NCBI RefSeq assembly: GCF_018350175.1
Contig: NC_058373.1
Location: 101,682,001 to 101,746,000 of the forward strand
DNA from: Felis catus
Taxonomy: Eukaryota
Reading direction: 5' to 3'
DNA length: 64,000 bases
Below the pieces are notes generated by a model. It searched no databases, was not told the DNA's origin, and saw only the letters and a program-made list of their open reading frames with translations. Shown here in pieces: positions 12,209-25,546 of the stretch. Position 1 is the first letter of the stretch, and each line of letters opens with the position of its first letter. A program made the translations under genes and the position numbers.

Positions 12209-15200
12209 CAGTATTTTTTTCACATGTGTTTATAAAATATTTAACTGTAGTAATGCTGTTAGCTGCCTATTCCAAGATAAAAGACCTTTGTTGAAATATA
12301 AAGTGTTTATAAAATATTTTAAGGACTCTGAAGAAGTTTTGTTTTCCTTGCTTAACTGTTAGATCTTACTAATAAAATTTGTATAGCTTTTAAACATATA
12401 ACTGAAAAATTTAAACCAACAGGTGGGGTGGAAGAGAAAGTTGAGGTAAATCTCCCAGAATAAGAACAAAAAATATAAAGAGATGAATAATAAAAAAGAT
12501 AAGAAAATTAGAGAGTCAGAGCAAGTAGTCCACCATCCAAACCAGTAAGAGTGCTAGGAGGGAGCAAAAATACGGAGGTTACCAAATAAATAATGGGAAA
12601 AAATTGTTCTTTGAATTGAAGAATGTGAATCTCCAGATTCAAATAGTCCATCAAATATCTACCACAATGAATGAAACCAAATCCACACCGAATCACATCA
12701 TGGAGACATTGCACAATATCATAACTAGGGAGAAGATCCCAAAGGAAAAACATAACTTACAACACAATTGGAGTCAGACTGGCATCAGACTTCTTAACAG
12801 CATGTTGCAACTAGAAGGTGGAGGAGCAATGCCCTTAAAATTCTGAGGGAAGATAATTTCCACCCTAGAATTTCAACCCGGGAAAGGGGATAGATAATTC
12901 GAGAAGGATTTGATAAAGGGCTAAAACTACAGAGTGAGAAGAGATATCACAGTCTTAAAAACTCTGTGTTCCCATCCCGAAGTCCATGGAAGGAAGGAAG
13001 GTAGTGGTTACCAAGATTCAGAAAGAGAAGACTGTCTTGAGTAGATAAGTGACTTTCAATGGAGGGCCATAGCCTGCCGAGGCCCTAATGTTGTGATTGA
13101 GGGAATAAATACCTGTCTTCCCTTTCCATCCTCCCTAGAGATTGGTTGACCTCCAGCAGAAACCTGAGGGCAAGGGAGCCAGCTGATGTAGTTCCTAAAG
13201 GTTGGCCTCCTGGGGACAGAGACCAGAGTGAAGGGTGGAGACTGACAGGTTCTGGAGAGACAATCAGAGAATATCTGTCACAGCAGCTGAACCACCAATC
13301 AATTGTGATGATGGAGTAAAAACATTTTCTGAAATATGAAAACTCTCCTCCCATGTACCATGAGCTTCAGCAAAATGAGTTAACAAGGTAGGGAATACAT
13401 GAGACCCAACCAAATGGTTCCAGCTAAGAAGCTTCAGAACAAAATGCTCATGCCTATAGAGCATCCAATACAGATTTTAGAGGAAGGATGGAAGGTGGGG
13501 AAGGAGGTCTCTAAGAAGGCGGGGGGGGGGGGGGGGGGGGGGAGGGGGGAACTGATAGATTTTTTTTTTTCCACTGAGAGTTATTTAACTACAAGTTACT
13601 TAAATGTATGTAATTTCGACTCTCCTTTCATACTTGAAATCTTTTGGAACTGACAGATTTTATTTGTTGAAGCATTTGGAAGAATTGCTAGGCATTTGAC
13701 TAATCTGTTGGAGGTGTTCAGGAAAAAAGCAATAACTACATTGAAAACTAAGAAAATGGGGGGGGGGGTCATTATTAATCCAAGTAAAACAGAAGTTATA
13801 GAAAGAGTAATCATGAAGAAACCCTAAAAAGCCATCCAAAGATGCAAAAGATGACTTCGAGGAAAGAATCAGCATTTGAATGCTTGCCCTATTCTTGGAA
13901 CTCATGGCCAATCAGTGTTAAATAGAGAAGCAGTGACATCCAAAAGAACCACAACCTTCTTTTACCAACAACATGTGCATCCACAAAAAGGAAATCAATC
14001 CAGGAGCCTAGTCTTCTCACCAGGAGCAGGCACAGAAGCTAACGTCTTCTCCCTCCCTTCTCCCACACCAGGGGGATAAGTGCCAGTGGCAGAACAAGAG
14101 AACAGGACTTGAGGGCAAGTATTTCCTCCTACCTTCCCCAAAGCCACAAATTCAGCGTGTGCTGAAGGAGAGAAGAGGTTTGATTCAAGTACAAGATTGG
14201 ATTTTTAAAATGAATCTGAACTGAATCTTAGCAATAGAAAGAGGGACTTATAACAACCAGCCTGAAATATGATGGAAATAGATCACCAAGGAAGCTTTTT
14301 AACCAGAGGAAAAAAAGAGGCTTGATGGGGAACAGAGGTAGCAATTTTTGAAAAACACCTCCCAATTTTTTTTTTTTACACGAGTACATTTGAGATTCCC
14401 TATTCAGACCAGTTACATAAATTAGAAAACTATCAGATGGTGGTAAGTGCTAGGCAGAGAATTAGAGCAGATGTAAAAAAAGAAAAGAAAAAAAGGAAAA
14501 AAATCCAGATGTGATATGATGGTGACTGTGTTGCTACCTTAGGATGAATGATCAGGGAAAGTCTCTGTGAGAGGCAACATTTAAGCTCAGTTCAGAATAA
14601 AGAAGCCAGTCAAAGGAATATGGAGGAGGTGAGCGCAGAGAAGGGAGAGTGGGCAATCTTCCCAGGAAGAAGCTACAGCTAGTGAGAATGCCTGAGCATG
14701 GTGTGTTTGACAAATAAAAATAGGCCCAGTATGGCTCGGGTGTAGTGGGCTAGGAGAATAGGACAAATGAGACCAGAGAACCATGCAGGGGCCAGATGTG
14801 AGAGCTGACACTGATGACAGAGGAAGCAAACTGTACCCTCCCTGATGGCAGCAAGGCAAAGAGGCATGTTTCTTGTGGGCTGAGGAAGGGAGCTGGACAA
14901 GGGACACAACTCAAGATGTCTATCTGGAGAAGCAGGGCGCCTATGCCAGAGTTGACTACCAGAAGCTAAGACCTGGGAGGGACAGTGGCAAAGCCACTAG
15001 CCATAGAAGACATGACCCATGTCAAGGGACTTCTAGCCAAAGTCCTCAATGGGAATTGGCAAAGAGCCACAGAAGCATTCAATGGAGAAACAGAATTGGT
15101 ATTTGACATTGGCCGCACCCCAGAAGGCCCCAACTCTGATTACATTTGTACCAGGTTAATGAGTCTTTTTTTGCTCCCTTAAGTTGCACCCCTCCACTAA

Positions 15201-15344
15201 TCCCAGAGGGCCCAGAGACAACTAGGGAGTGGGGGAGCAAAGCAGGACAACGAGGAACAGACCACACCCCATCCCCACAGTGGGTTCTCAGCCTGAAGTG
15301 GACTCGATGAAAGTAGAGGCTCGGAAAGAGAGATGAGGGAGGGA

Positions 15345-16565
15345 GATTTTTTTTGGTTGTTATTATTTTGGTTCTTTTTTTAAGTTTATTTATTTTGAAA
15401 GAGAGAGAGAGCAGGAGAGGACAAGCAGGGGTTGGGTAGAGAGGACAGACAGAACCCAAGCAGGCTCCTTGCCATCAGCGCCATCAGCACAGAGGCTGAT
15501 GCAGGGCTGGAACTCACCAACTGCAAGATCGTGATCTGGGCTGAGATCAAGAGTCGGACGTTTAACCAACTGCACCACCCAGGTGCCCCGATGGAGGGAG
15601 CTTTAAAGGAAGCAAGACATTGACATTTTTGACATTAAACTAGACTGGAATTTTTTTTTTTTTAATTTTTTTTTCAACGTTTTTATTTATTTTTGGGACA
15701 GAGAGAGACAGAGCATGAACGGGGGAGGGGCAGAGAGAGAGGGAGACACAGAATCGGAAACAGGCTCCGAGCCATCAGCCCAGAGCCTGATGTGGGGCTC
15801 AAACTCACGGACCGGACCGTGAGATCGTGACCTGGTTGAAGTCGGACGCTTAACCGACTGCGCCATCCAGGCGCCCCTAGACTGGAATTTTTATTACCTG
15901 AAAAAAATGAGTTACAGGGTGCCTGGGTGACTCAGTCTGTTAAACGTTGGACTCTTGATCTCTGCTCAGATCATGATCTCATGATTCATGAAATCAAGAC
16001 CCATGTGGGGCTCTGCACTGACAGCGTGGAGCCTACTTAAGATTCTCTCTCCCTCTCTGCCTCTCTCCCTTTTTCTCATTCTCTCAAAATAAATAAACTT
16101 AAAAAAAAAAAAAGAATATAATTCCATAATTATTTAGGGTTCCCAGAAAAACTGTGGGGCCAGAGGATTCCTCCTACAGAGAAACCGATAACCAAAAACA
16201 TCACAATGGATTTCTTGGAGCAGATGTTTTCTTCCTTTTGTTTGTATTTTTTTTAATGTTTATTTTTGAGAGATAGCAAGAGACAGACAGACAGACCACA
16301 AGTGGGGGAGGGGCAGAGAGAGAGGGTGACACAGAATCTGAAGTAGGCTCCAGGCTCTGAACTGTCAGCACAGAGTCTGACGTGGGGCTTGAACTCATGA
16401 GCTGTGAGATCATGACCTGAGCTGAATCGAACGCCCAACCAACTGAGCTACCCAGGCACCCTGTTTGTATTTTCTAATTTTTCTCTAATGGTATTGGTTT
16501 TTTTATTTTTTTGACAGAGAAAGCATGTGCATGCACGTGGGGGGGGGGGGAGGGGCAGAAGGAGA

Positions 16566-16621
<56 letters not shown>

Positions 16622-17330
16622 CTTAAGCAGGCTCCACACTCAGCAGAGCCTGATGTAGGGCTTGGTCTCACCATGGTGAGATCACAACCTGAGCCGAAAT
16701 CAAGAGTCAAACACTTAACTGACTGAGACACCCAGGCGCCCTTCTCTAATGATACTGGTTTAATAAAAGTTTTGTGTTTTATTTTCCTAAAGAAGTTACT
16801 ATATTTAGTTTGACAAATAGACTTCACAGTTCAAATGACACTTGAGATCATTATTGAAGATTGTTATTTTTGACAGGCAGCAGCAGCATGTGGAGGGTGC
16901 TGGTAGGGGATGTGGCCCAGAGCATGTGCCCAAGAAAGAAGGGTGTTCCATTAGGCTGGAGTGTAAATGTAGGGAATCGTGGAAGGTGAAACCAGAGGTT
17001 GTGCTAGAATTAGGTACCTTTGCATGCAAGTAAACAAAATAAGTAATGGAGGGTTTCTGATAGGGGTAGAACCCAGAAAATCCTGACCAACCAACCAACC
17101 CTCAGAAAGAGGGGGCTCTGGGGGCACCCAGGTGGCTAGGTTGGTTAAGCATCCGACTTCGGCTCAGGTCACGATCTCATGGTTTGTGGGTTTGAGCCCC
17201 ACATCGGGCTCTGTGCTGACAGCTCAGAGCCTGGAGCCTGTTTCAGATTCTGTGTCTCCCTCTCTCTGCCCCTCCCCTGCTCACACTCTTTCTCTCAAAA
17301 ATAAACATTAAAAAAAAGAAAGAAAAGAAA
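15345..17330. mobile_element. Cluster of six Can-SINEs (15345-15589 -, 15651-15877 -, 15917-16112 +, 16245-16461 -, 16497-16742 -, 17120-17330 +)
   Basis: Six recognisable SINE bodies; 15651-15877 is young with TSD TAGACTGGAATTTTT. Confidence 0.9.
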
Positions 17331-17574
17331 GAACGCCCTCTGCCACTACAATCGTTTTAGCATCAGACCAAGTTTTAGAAATTTTTATAATCTTGTTACA
17401 TTCTCCTTCACCCATCCTATTTTTGCCAAGTGATTCCTGTTTATTTTGCCTTTCAGTTTTTCCAGAGAAAGTAAACTGAATCTGTGTGGCTCATGCAAAG
17501 ACCACAACTGAGCCAGGCAGGTAAAAGTAACTCTAAAAGGCAGAGGAGGTGAGAAAAAAAAAGAAAAGCCAGAA

Positions 17575-19583
17575 GCCTTTTCATGTTAACATTTTATTTA
17601 AACCAGTACAAGCACCATGCTTAACAGAAGACTGTCCAAAATAAACATGCAATATGAACTAGCAGAGACTGAAATCACAGCTTAAGAAGTTGTGCCAGTT
17701 GTTGATTTTGTTAAATGATGACAGGGAACTGTTAAAGTTCACAAGACTAAACCATTAATGTTTCAAGCCTCCTGAATGAGATTATATTGGACCATCTAGG
17801 TCAGTGGGAACTGCCCTGGCAAGTTAGTGATCTCAAACAATATTCAAGTAATATACGTGTATGAACTATATTCCAAAAAGCAAGAAAACACAGTTTCTAT
17901 CACAACCTTAACATAGTTGTTTTGAATATTAACAGGAACATGGTCACGGATTTGAAATGTCAAATGGCATAACAAGAAACAAATTTCTCAAGAATATTCA
18001 ACTTGGGACCATTGATGTTAAGTGGCCTATAAGATTTACATTCTTCCAGAAATACAAAATGAGATTTGTCCAGAAATGTTTGAGACACTTCTTCACATAA
18101 GTTGTAAAGGCTCAAATTCTGTAGATTCCAGTATTATCAGTCTATTGAACAAACAGGGAAAGCAACCGTACTAAGAATATTTGAATTGATAGAATACAAG
18201 TTACTCTCTACTTCCACCAAATATCAGCATTTAAACTCTTATGAAAATATCTATTCATCACTAGTCCACATTATGGATTAATGACATTGCTCAGGTTTTA
18301 AAGGAGTCCAAACATTTTTTTAAGTATACCTTCCTTACTATCTATATACGTGGGGAATAAAGACAGCCAAATTTAATTTGGCAATAAACTCCTCTAACTG
18401 GAAATTTTTAAAGTGTCGGACCAAGATACAGTTTATGGCTACATGTGACTCCTGAAAATAGGAGATAAAAGGGGACAGAAAAGTGCTGACAGACATTTTG
18501 CTACAAAGATTATTTAGTAATGATAATAAAAAATTTAGCAACACCCTCTTAAACAAGAGTATGTTTAACTGCACTAGGCATTTGGTAAACTTTTTAGAAA
18601 CAGACAATTTGAACATTTATTTTAGAAGTCAATTAAACAAAAACAGTCTAAGAACCTTTCTCCTAACATGATTGCTTCAATACCAGAATGAAGTGAATAC
18701 TACTCAAAATGACATTTTGGAATTTCAGCATAGTAACCTGAGAACAGTTTTCTTCATCTGTCAGTTATGCTGCCACAAAAACCATACTAAACACATGCTA
18801 GAATTACTAGTTGGCTCTATCGTTACATTGGATGCTATGCAGAACTTATTATGCAAGGCCAACAATTTCAAAACTAATGCTGACTTAGAAGACCATGAAG
18901 GAGGTTCCCAGGAAAAAAAGCTGATGCCAGCAGGGAAAGATTAAGATATGAATGAGAATAGCTGCACCAGAAAGCTATGGAATGTAAAAACTGCAATTGT
19001 CAAATCTGGAGTTACTTTTTGAGAGAAGGCAGAAAAAGAGAGCAAATAGAAACATACTTGAAAAGAACAATGCAAAAGTTTGATTAGATGGAAAGGAAAT
19101 TTATATAAAAGTCTGAGAACACTCTGGAGCATACAATTTAGAAGTCTCCCTAGAGGACAGAGGGAGTAAAAACACATTCTACTGCTTCCCCAGTCTTATT
19201 TACTGTCTTGTAAAATACATGTTATAGACAAGGAATCAAACAAGGTCAAAAAAGCATGATTTATCATAGCTCTTTGCCCCTGTTAGAGAACAGGGGAACT
19301 CAGTTCTGTTTATGGAGGTCAGTGAGGACTTTCAGTTTAAAAAAAACAAAAACAGGCAAGACAAAAAAGGAACCTCATTAAAAAATACATTCTTGCAGCA
19401 CTAGTTTCTCTTATTGCTGCAAACCAGGTGAAACGAAATCTCATTTCCTTCATTTAAAAACATTAAAAACACTCTCCATTCACTTGGGATATATCTGCAT
19501 TTCTACAGAATTAGAAGCATTATTCTCCAATATCAAAATAGCTGTTTAAAGAATTCAAACTTCCTGGGTAAAGTTCTCTCTCT

Positions 19584-19615
<32 letters not shown>

Positions 19616-21210
19616 TGCTCTCTCCAGAAATTGGAATAGAGAATCTTTCCCATTCGATAACCAAAACAAATGCCCACTCTAGCACTTCCTCATCTCCAAC
19701 TAACTTCCTATTGCTTCCTGTTTTTTAGATTAGTGAAGCCAAACAGCACTGGCAACAGAAGATTCAATATTGTGGAAATTCCAACTATCTTCACCTCTTT
19801 ATTAAAGTTGGCACAGAAACCTCAAAAAGAAAATGTAAAGAATGGATGAATGGAAAATACGCCAACATAAAAAAAATGCCTTTCCAGTTTTGAAATGACT
19901 AAGACATTCTTAATATAAGAATCTGCTCACCAAATTTTATTAGTCTTTAGAGTCTCAACACTGTTTGTCAAATTAAGTTCAACACTTACTTACATGTTGT
20001 TAAAGTACACTACATATTAGAATCCTTGCTTCATGTCAAAGATGCCAACAAGACTGACGTACGGTTTAGAATATCTTCTGACATTTAGGATAGAAGATGC
20101 AATTTCTATTGATGTGTTAATGTTATTAACTCTGGCCAAGGTTTTAAGATAAATAATTTTTCCTATGGCACGAAACTAATCATAAATATACCCAAAGTTA
20201 CAACTCTCAACTGCCATATATTCACCAATGCAAGCAGATAGTTGGAATTTTAAAAATATGAAGTTGATTTTATTACAAATTTCAGATAAACACATTTAGA
20301 AAATTGTTTTACTTGGACCCTTTACAAAAGTATTAATTTCACCAAATCTGGAATACTGGCAGTGTAAAAGTCTTAAACTAACTTTAAAGCTAACAAATCA
20401 AAGGCACAGTATTAACACACTTAAAGTAACTAGTGTTCACAGGACAACACTGAGAGGTGCTTTATAATTAAAGTGTTATCAACCTAGATCCAAAACTATC
20501 TAGCTATGACACAACCAGGAATGAAGCCCTTGATTAGTTCCAACCTATCAATTTCCAAGACTAAGATGCTATTTTCTATTAAGAAGAAAACCTAATAGTC
20601 ATAACTATTATAACATCTAACTCCCAGACCTTAAGAATGAACGGCTGATGAACAAAGTTTCTGGACTTGATTAAAAAGATACAGGAAACCAGAGAAGGCA
20701 TGAACTGATGAAAAATGTACTTGTAGATTATACTACAGTGAATTACTTTTCATGGCTCAAAATTGGGTCATTCAAGTCTTTTACCCCAAATTAATTTCAA
20801 AGATTTGACAAGTGATAATACGCTATTTTCATATATAAACTGCTAATATCCAGTATTTGTCAAAAGGAGGCAACTGTTGTCTATCACAATCTAATACCCA
20901 CTTTCCAATAGTGTCTGTAAATAGTAACAAATTCTGAACCATAAGTTATAGAAATTAGTCACAAGAGTGCAAAAAGTCCCTGGAGAGAAGTAGTCCACCT
21001 AACAATTACAAATATAAGGAAACACTTTACAAAGTTTCATTACTATGAAGATGATTTCCCCTTTGTTCAAACTTTGAACAAACGAAGAATTTTTCTTTAC
21101 TGCAGGAAACAAACTGTAAGTAACAGTGCATTTTTAGGCATAAGTATTTATGTCTGGTTCCAGTATGGTCAGGTTAATACATAAATACTTTAGAAACACA
21201 GAAGTTCACA
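17575..21210 (-). other. GMFB: GMFB 3'UTR (about 3.6 kb; distal end approximate)
   Basis: AT-rich, SINE-free stretch from the stop codon to an AATAAA followed by a U-rich downstream element. Confidence 0.75.
17593..17598 (-). terminator. Distal polyadenylation signal AATAAA of GMFB
   Basis: TAAATAAAATGTTAACATGAAA then GGCTTTTCTTTTTTTTTCTC on the minus strand; further AATAAA at 19803-19798 and 19941-19936. Confidence 0.7.
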
Positions 21211-21282
21211 TTAGTGGAAAAATCCAAGTTTCTCACGTAACCATTCTTCAGTTAGGTCTTCGGTGTTTCTTATTTCAAATAC
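21211..21282 (-). CDS. GMFB: GMFB exon 7 coding part (VFEIRNTEDLTEEWLREKLGFFH*)
   Basis: TTTTCTTAAG acceptor; TAA at 21213-21211; exon sum 3+97+50+50+83+74+72 = 429 nt = 142 aa plus stop. Confidence 0.97.
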   Translation of the reverse strand, partial: VFEIRNTEDLTEEWLREKLGFFH

Positions 21283-21414
21283 CTTAAGAAAAAAACCTTA
21301 CGTCATACTTTAACACTCTCAAAAATATATATATGAGTGATGAATATCAAATTCTCCTTCCTTTCATTCATGTTGGTCATGACTTATCTATGTAAATTAG
21401 ATATACCTTTACTT

Positions 21415-21523
21415 TTTTTATTTTTTATTTTTTAAAGTAATCTACACTCAACATGGGGCTCAAACTTAACACCCGTGAGATCAAGAGTCACACGCTCTAC
21501 CAACTGAGCCAGCCAGGTGCCCC
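21415..21523 (-). mobile_element. Short tRNA-derived Can-SINE
   Basis: GGGGCACCTGGCTGGCTCAGTTGGTAGAGCG head on the minus strand, A tail, TSD-like ACCT(T/C)TACTTTTTTA. Confidence 0.8.
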
Positions 21524-21849
21524 AACCTCTACTTTTTTAAAATGCTAAGTACTAAGTTACCAAAGTTTAGCCATCAAGATGGCATAAAACCAAAACTCTC
21601 TTAAAAGCACAAATCTACAAATATTCTAAAAGAACAGTTCTGTACATCTTACCCACTAGAAGAGATACCCCAAGTATACACAACTAAAATCAATCAATTA
21701 GTTAGGAACCGGAAGAACATACACTGGTCTTCCATAGTTGGAGGAAATACAAGCTGTAGAATGTTTTGATAAGGACGGACTACAGGCCCACAGCCACAAA
21801 TCTCTATACACACACAGGCTGGGGAAGTATAATGGCTATAAAGAAACCA

Positions 21850-22070
21850 TGTAATAGAGCAGAAAGGATGGGATTGACGCCAGATGTGGGTTTGAATCCT
21901 AGCTCTGTCATTTACTATTATGCAACCTTGGGCCAGTCTTTCATCTTCTGAAACTCAATTTTCCCACCTACAGAACAGGAATATCACCATCAACCTCACA
22001 GTGTCGTGGTGAGGATTCAATGTGATTATTTGTAAAAGTCACTTATAAATTGTAATGCCTTAATTCCAGC
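21850..22070 (+). mobile_element. MIR SINE remnant
   Basis: GGGTTTGAATCCTAGCTCTGTCATTTACTA...ACCTTGGGC core. Confidence 0.7.
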
Positions 22071-22969
22071 ACTTTATGGTGTGTGTGAGATTAGAACAGA
22101 AATGAGGCTGTCCTTCCTAATCACCCACCCCTTAGATCAACTCCAGGGTGTTCCTATGGTACAAATGAGAAAAAGTAGGGTCTATAAGTTGGGGCTGTCA
22201 ATGACAATCACATGGGCTAAAGGTAAAAGCAGGGGGGAATGAAAGACATCTCCTGGATTGATGATTAAACACCTAAGGAGAAAACACTGATGCTGTTCTT
22301 AAAATAAAACCTGAAAGGCAATGTTATTTAATATTATTTCAGTGATGTAATGGTCCATTTCAAAACCTTAAAAGTACACACTTTTACAACTCAAACTAAT
22401 ACGTGGAAGTTAAATAAAGTTCGAGAACAGGTATCTCTCTTACCATTAAACTTCAAAAAATGCCATAAAACAATGGGGACAGTGGAGGCATAAGGACAGT
22501 GTCTCATATAAAACAGAATGTTCTAGTTTAATAAAGCTAGTAAGTATTCTTAACAATTTAACTTTAGACTTGGGAACAAGATAGTTAACTGCATAATGTG
22601 GAATTTGTTTCATTTAGGCTATGGTAAAGGGCTATGAGAAACTTCAATACTTACTTTTATCTACTAGAAACTACATTACGGAAGATAAAAAAACTCTCAA
22701 TAGATTGAATAGTTGCAGTGGCTTTTCTAAAGCTGCCTATATTTTGAATGTGATTGCTTCTAGTTAACTTGTAATTTCCATTCAAAAAACACACTTTGAT
22801 TAATGACTTGTATCATTCTTTTTTTCAAACAATAAAACTCTCTAAGTTCACTGCTCTGTTCTAAATAACTTTCACCTGCAAAAAAAATACTTAACTCTTC
22901 AGATTACTTTAGCTATTGCTCTTAAGGGAAAAATACTATCTCAACAAGCAAGTAAAATACAAATACCAC

Positions 22970-23043
22970 CTTGGTTAGTTCAGCTGTTTGGACTAACTTA
23001 TTCTTACTCCCAGCATACATCATCTGTTGTTCAGGCTTACATC
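22970..23043 (-). CDS. GMFB: GMFB exon 6 ([25 protein letters not shown]), 74 nt
   Basis: TACTAAT branch plus CTTTTCCAG acceptor; AAG|GTGGTA donor; also in ORF 22922..23116. Confidence 0.96.
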
Positions 23044-23958
23044 CTGGAAAAGAGATTAGTATAGACATGAGACTTAGAAATTTAAAAAGTGATGAGTTTT
23101 CACTTTTTACTTTCAAAAAAATGACACATTTAGGATATTCTTATGCTATTGAGTTTACAAAAAACTTCAGTCTCAGTGTGTATGGGTGTATTTCGAGAGT
23201 CTTACATTGCATATTGTCTGCACAAAGCCATAGCTAAATGACAAACAAGGCTGCAGGTCAACAAAAATAAATGAGGCTGTAGATCTTTTACAACCTCATA
23301 AATACTTAAGAACTTTTCAGCACTATTTTAATTTTGACATTAAATATCAAAGTCAATTTTATGGATGCCTAACATATATAGGTTTGGGGATGGTGATGGA
23401 TCAGTGTGGGGAGATGCACCCTGGACAAAAGTTACTATTTTAAGTGCTAAGTAAAGGATACAAATAGTAAAGTTTAGAGTTCAGAGTTGTGGGCATAATG
23501 GTGACAGTACTGGGAATTCTGGTTATAATGGATATACCCTGAATAACAATAAGCGACTTTAATATCTAATGTAAGCTACTCTGAAACTATTCTCAAGATT
23601 ATAGGCGTTATCATCCGTAACTACTATTTTACACATAAACACAAATATATATCATGATTATACATGAAGTTCATGTACTCACACACAAAACTAAAACAGA
23701 AAATGTATGCTGGTATTTTAAAATGTCACTACGTTTCATATTCCTTAAATGTATGTATGATTTGACTGATGAATTACACTTCTAGAAATGTATCCTAAGA
23801 AAACAACTTCTTTCTAAGGATGAATTCATGTGCACATGCACACATACCTCTATTTAGGTTAAGTCAACACTTTACATCTTTAAAACAAGCATAAAATTTG
23901 TCTTATATAAAAATGGTTTAATTAGATCAGGACGAAATATACTATATAAAGGAATTCA

Positions 23959-24753
<795 letters not shown>

Positions 24754-24803
24754 CGAGGTTGTCGCTCAGGCAGTTCATCTTTAAGTTCATCCGGTGAAAT
24801 GCC
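24754..24803 (-). CDS. GMFB: GMFB exon 4 (GISPDELKDELPERQPR), 50 nt
   Basis: CAG acceptor; ends at the U12-type donor CG|ATATCCTTTT. Confidence 0.95.
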
Positions 24804-25496
24804 CTGGCACCATAAAGAAAAAAACTTTTTAAACATTTTCTTACTCATAATACCTTAAGTATATACCAAGTACCCATCTATTAACAGATATAACTTATAC
24901 CAAGTACCCATTCTATTAACAGATATAACTTCATAACCACATCCCACAACATAAAATTTTAGGTTACTACGTTGTATATAAGCTGAGATTCCTAAACCCT
25001 CAAGCCAATGAAAGCCCACACCAGCCCACTCAGTTTAGTTCCACTTATTATCTAAATAGCCATGTTCATGTTCCAGCTGTCAAGAAATTCTGAATAAGAT
25101 AATAGGCCACTCCTCAAAGGAGCGTCTGATTTGGAGAGAGAAAAAAGTTAATTTTTTTTCAGTCTAAATTAGTTACTTAATTTGACAAACTAAACGCTTA
25201 GGTTATAGCATTTTAGATTTTAATTACTGGCCGAACAAGTTAGAAGTTATAAAGTTAACTGAGTTTTTACTGGACGTGTAGCCCTATCTTCGACCACTTA
25301 CTACATTGGTTTCATTAATGTTTTAAAGAATGTGATTAAATTAGCAAGACAATGCTACATAATAATTAGCACATGCTTTTCATGCATAATGAGCATGTAT
25401 TTAGACTCATTTTAAAAGGAGACGTAACTAACACCGCATCTTTCAGGCAACAGTAATTGCTTAACCATAAAACTGTACTTAGCTGATTAAACAAAC

Positions 25497-25546
25497 CTCA
25501 AGCTCTTCATCCAGTACCACCAGGCGTTTATCCTTATCAATCTTCA
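25497..25546 (-). CDS. GMFB: GMFB exon 3 (MKIDKDKRLVVLDEELE), 50 nt
   Basis: TTTTAG acceptor; GAG|GTTTGT donor; in frame. Confidence 0.96.

Noticed and set aside
18338..19177. ORFs within the GMFB 3'UTR
   Set aside because: Short, AT-rich, no recognisable homology; consistent with chance
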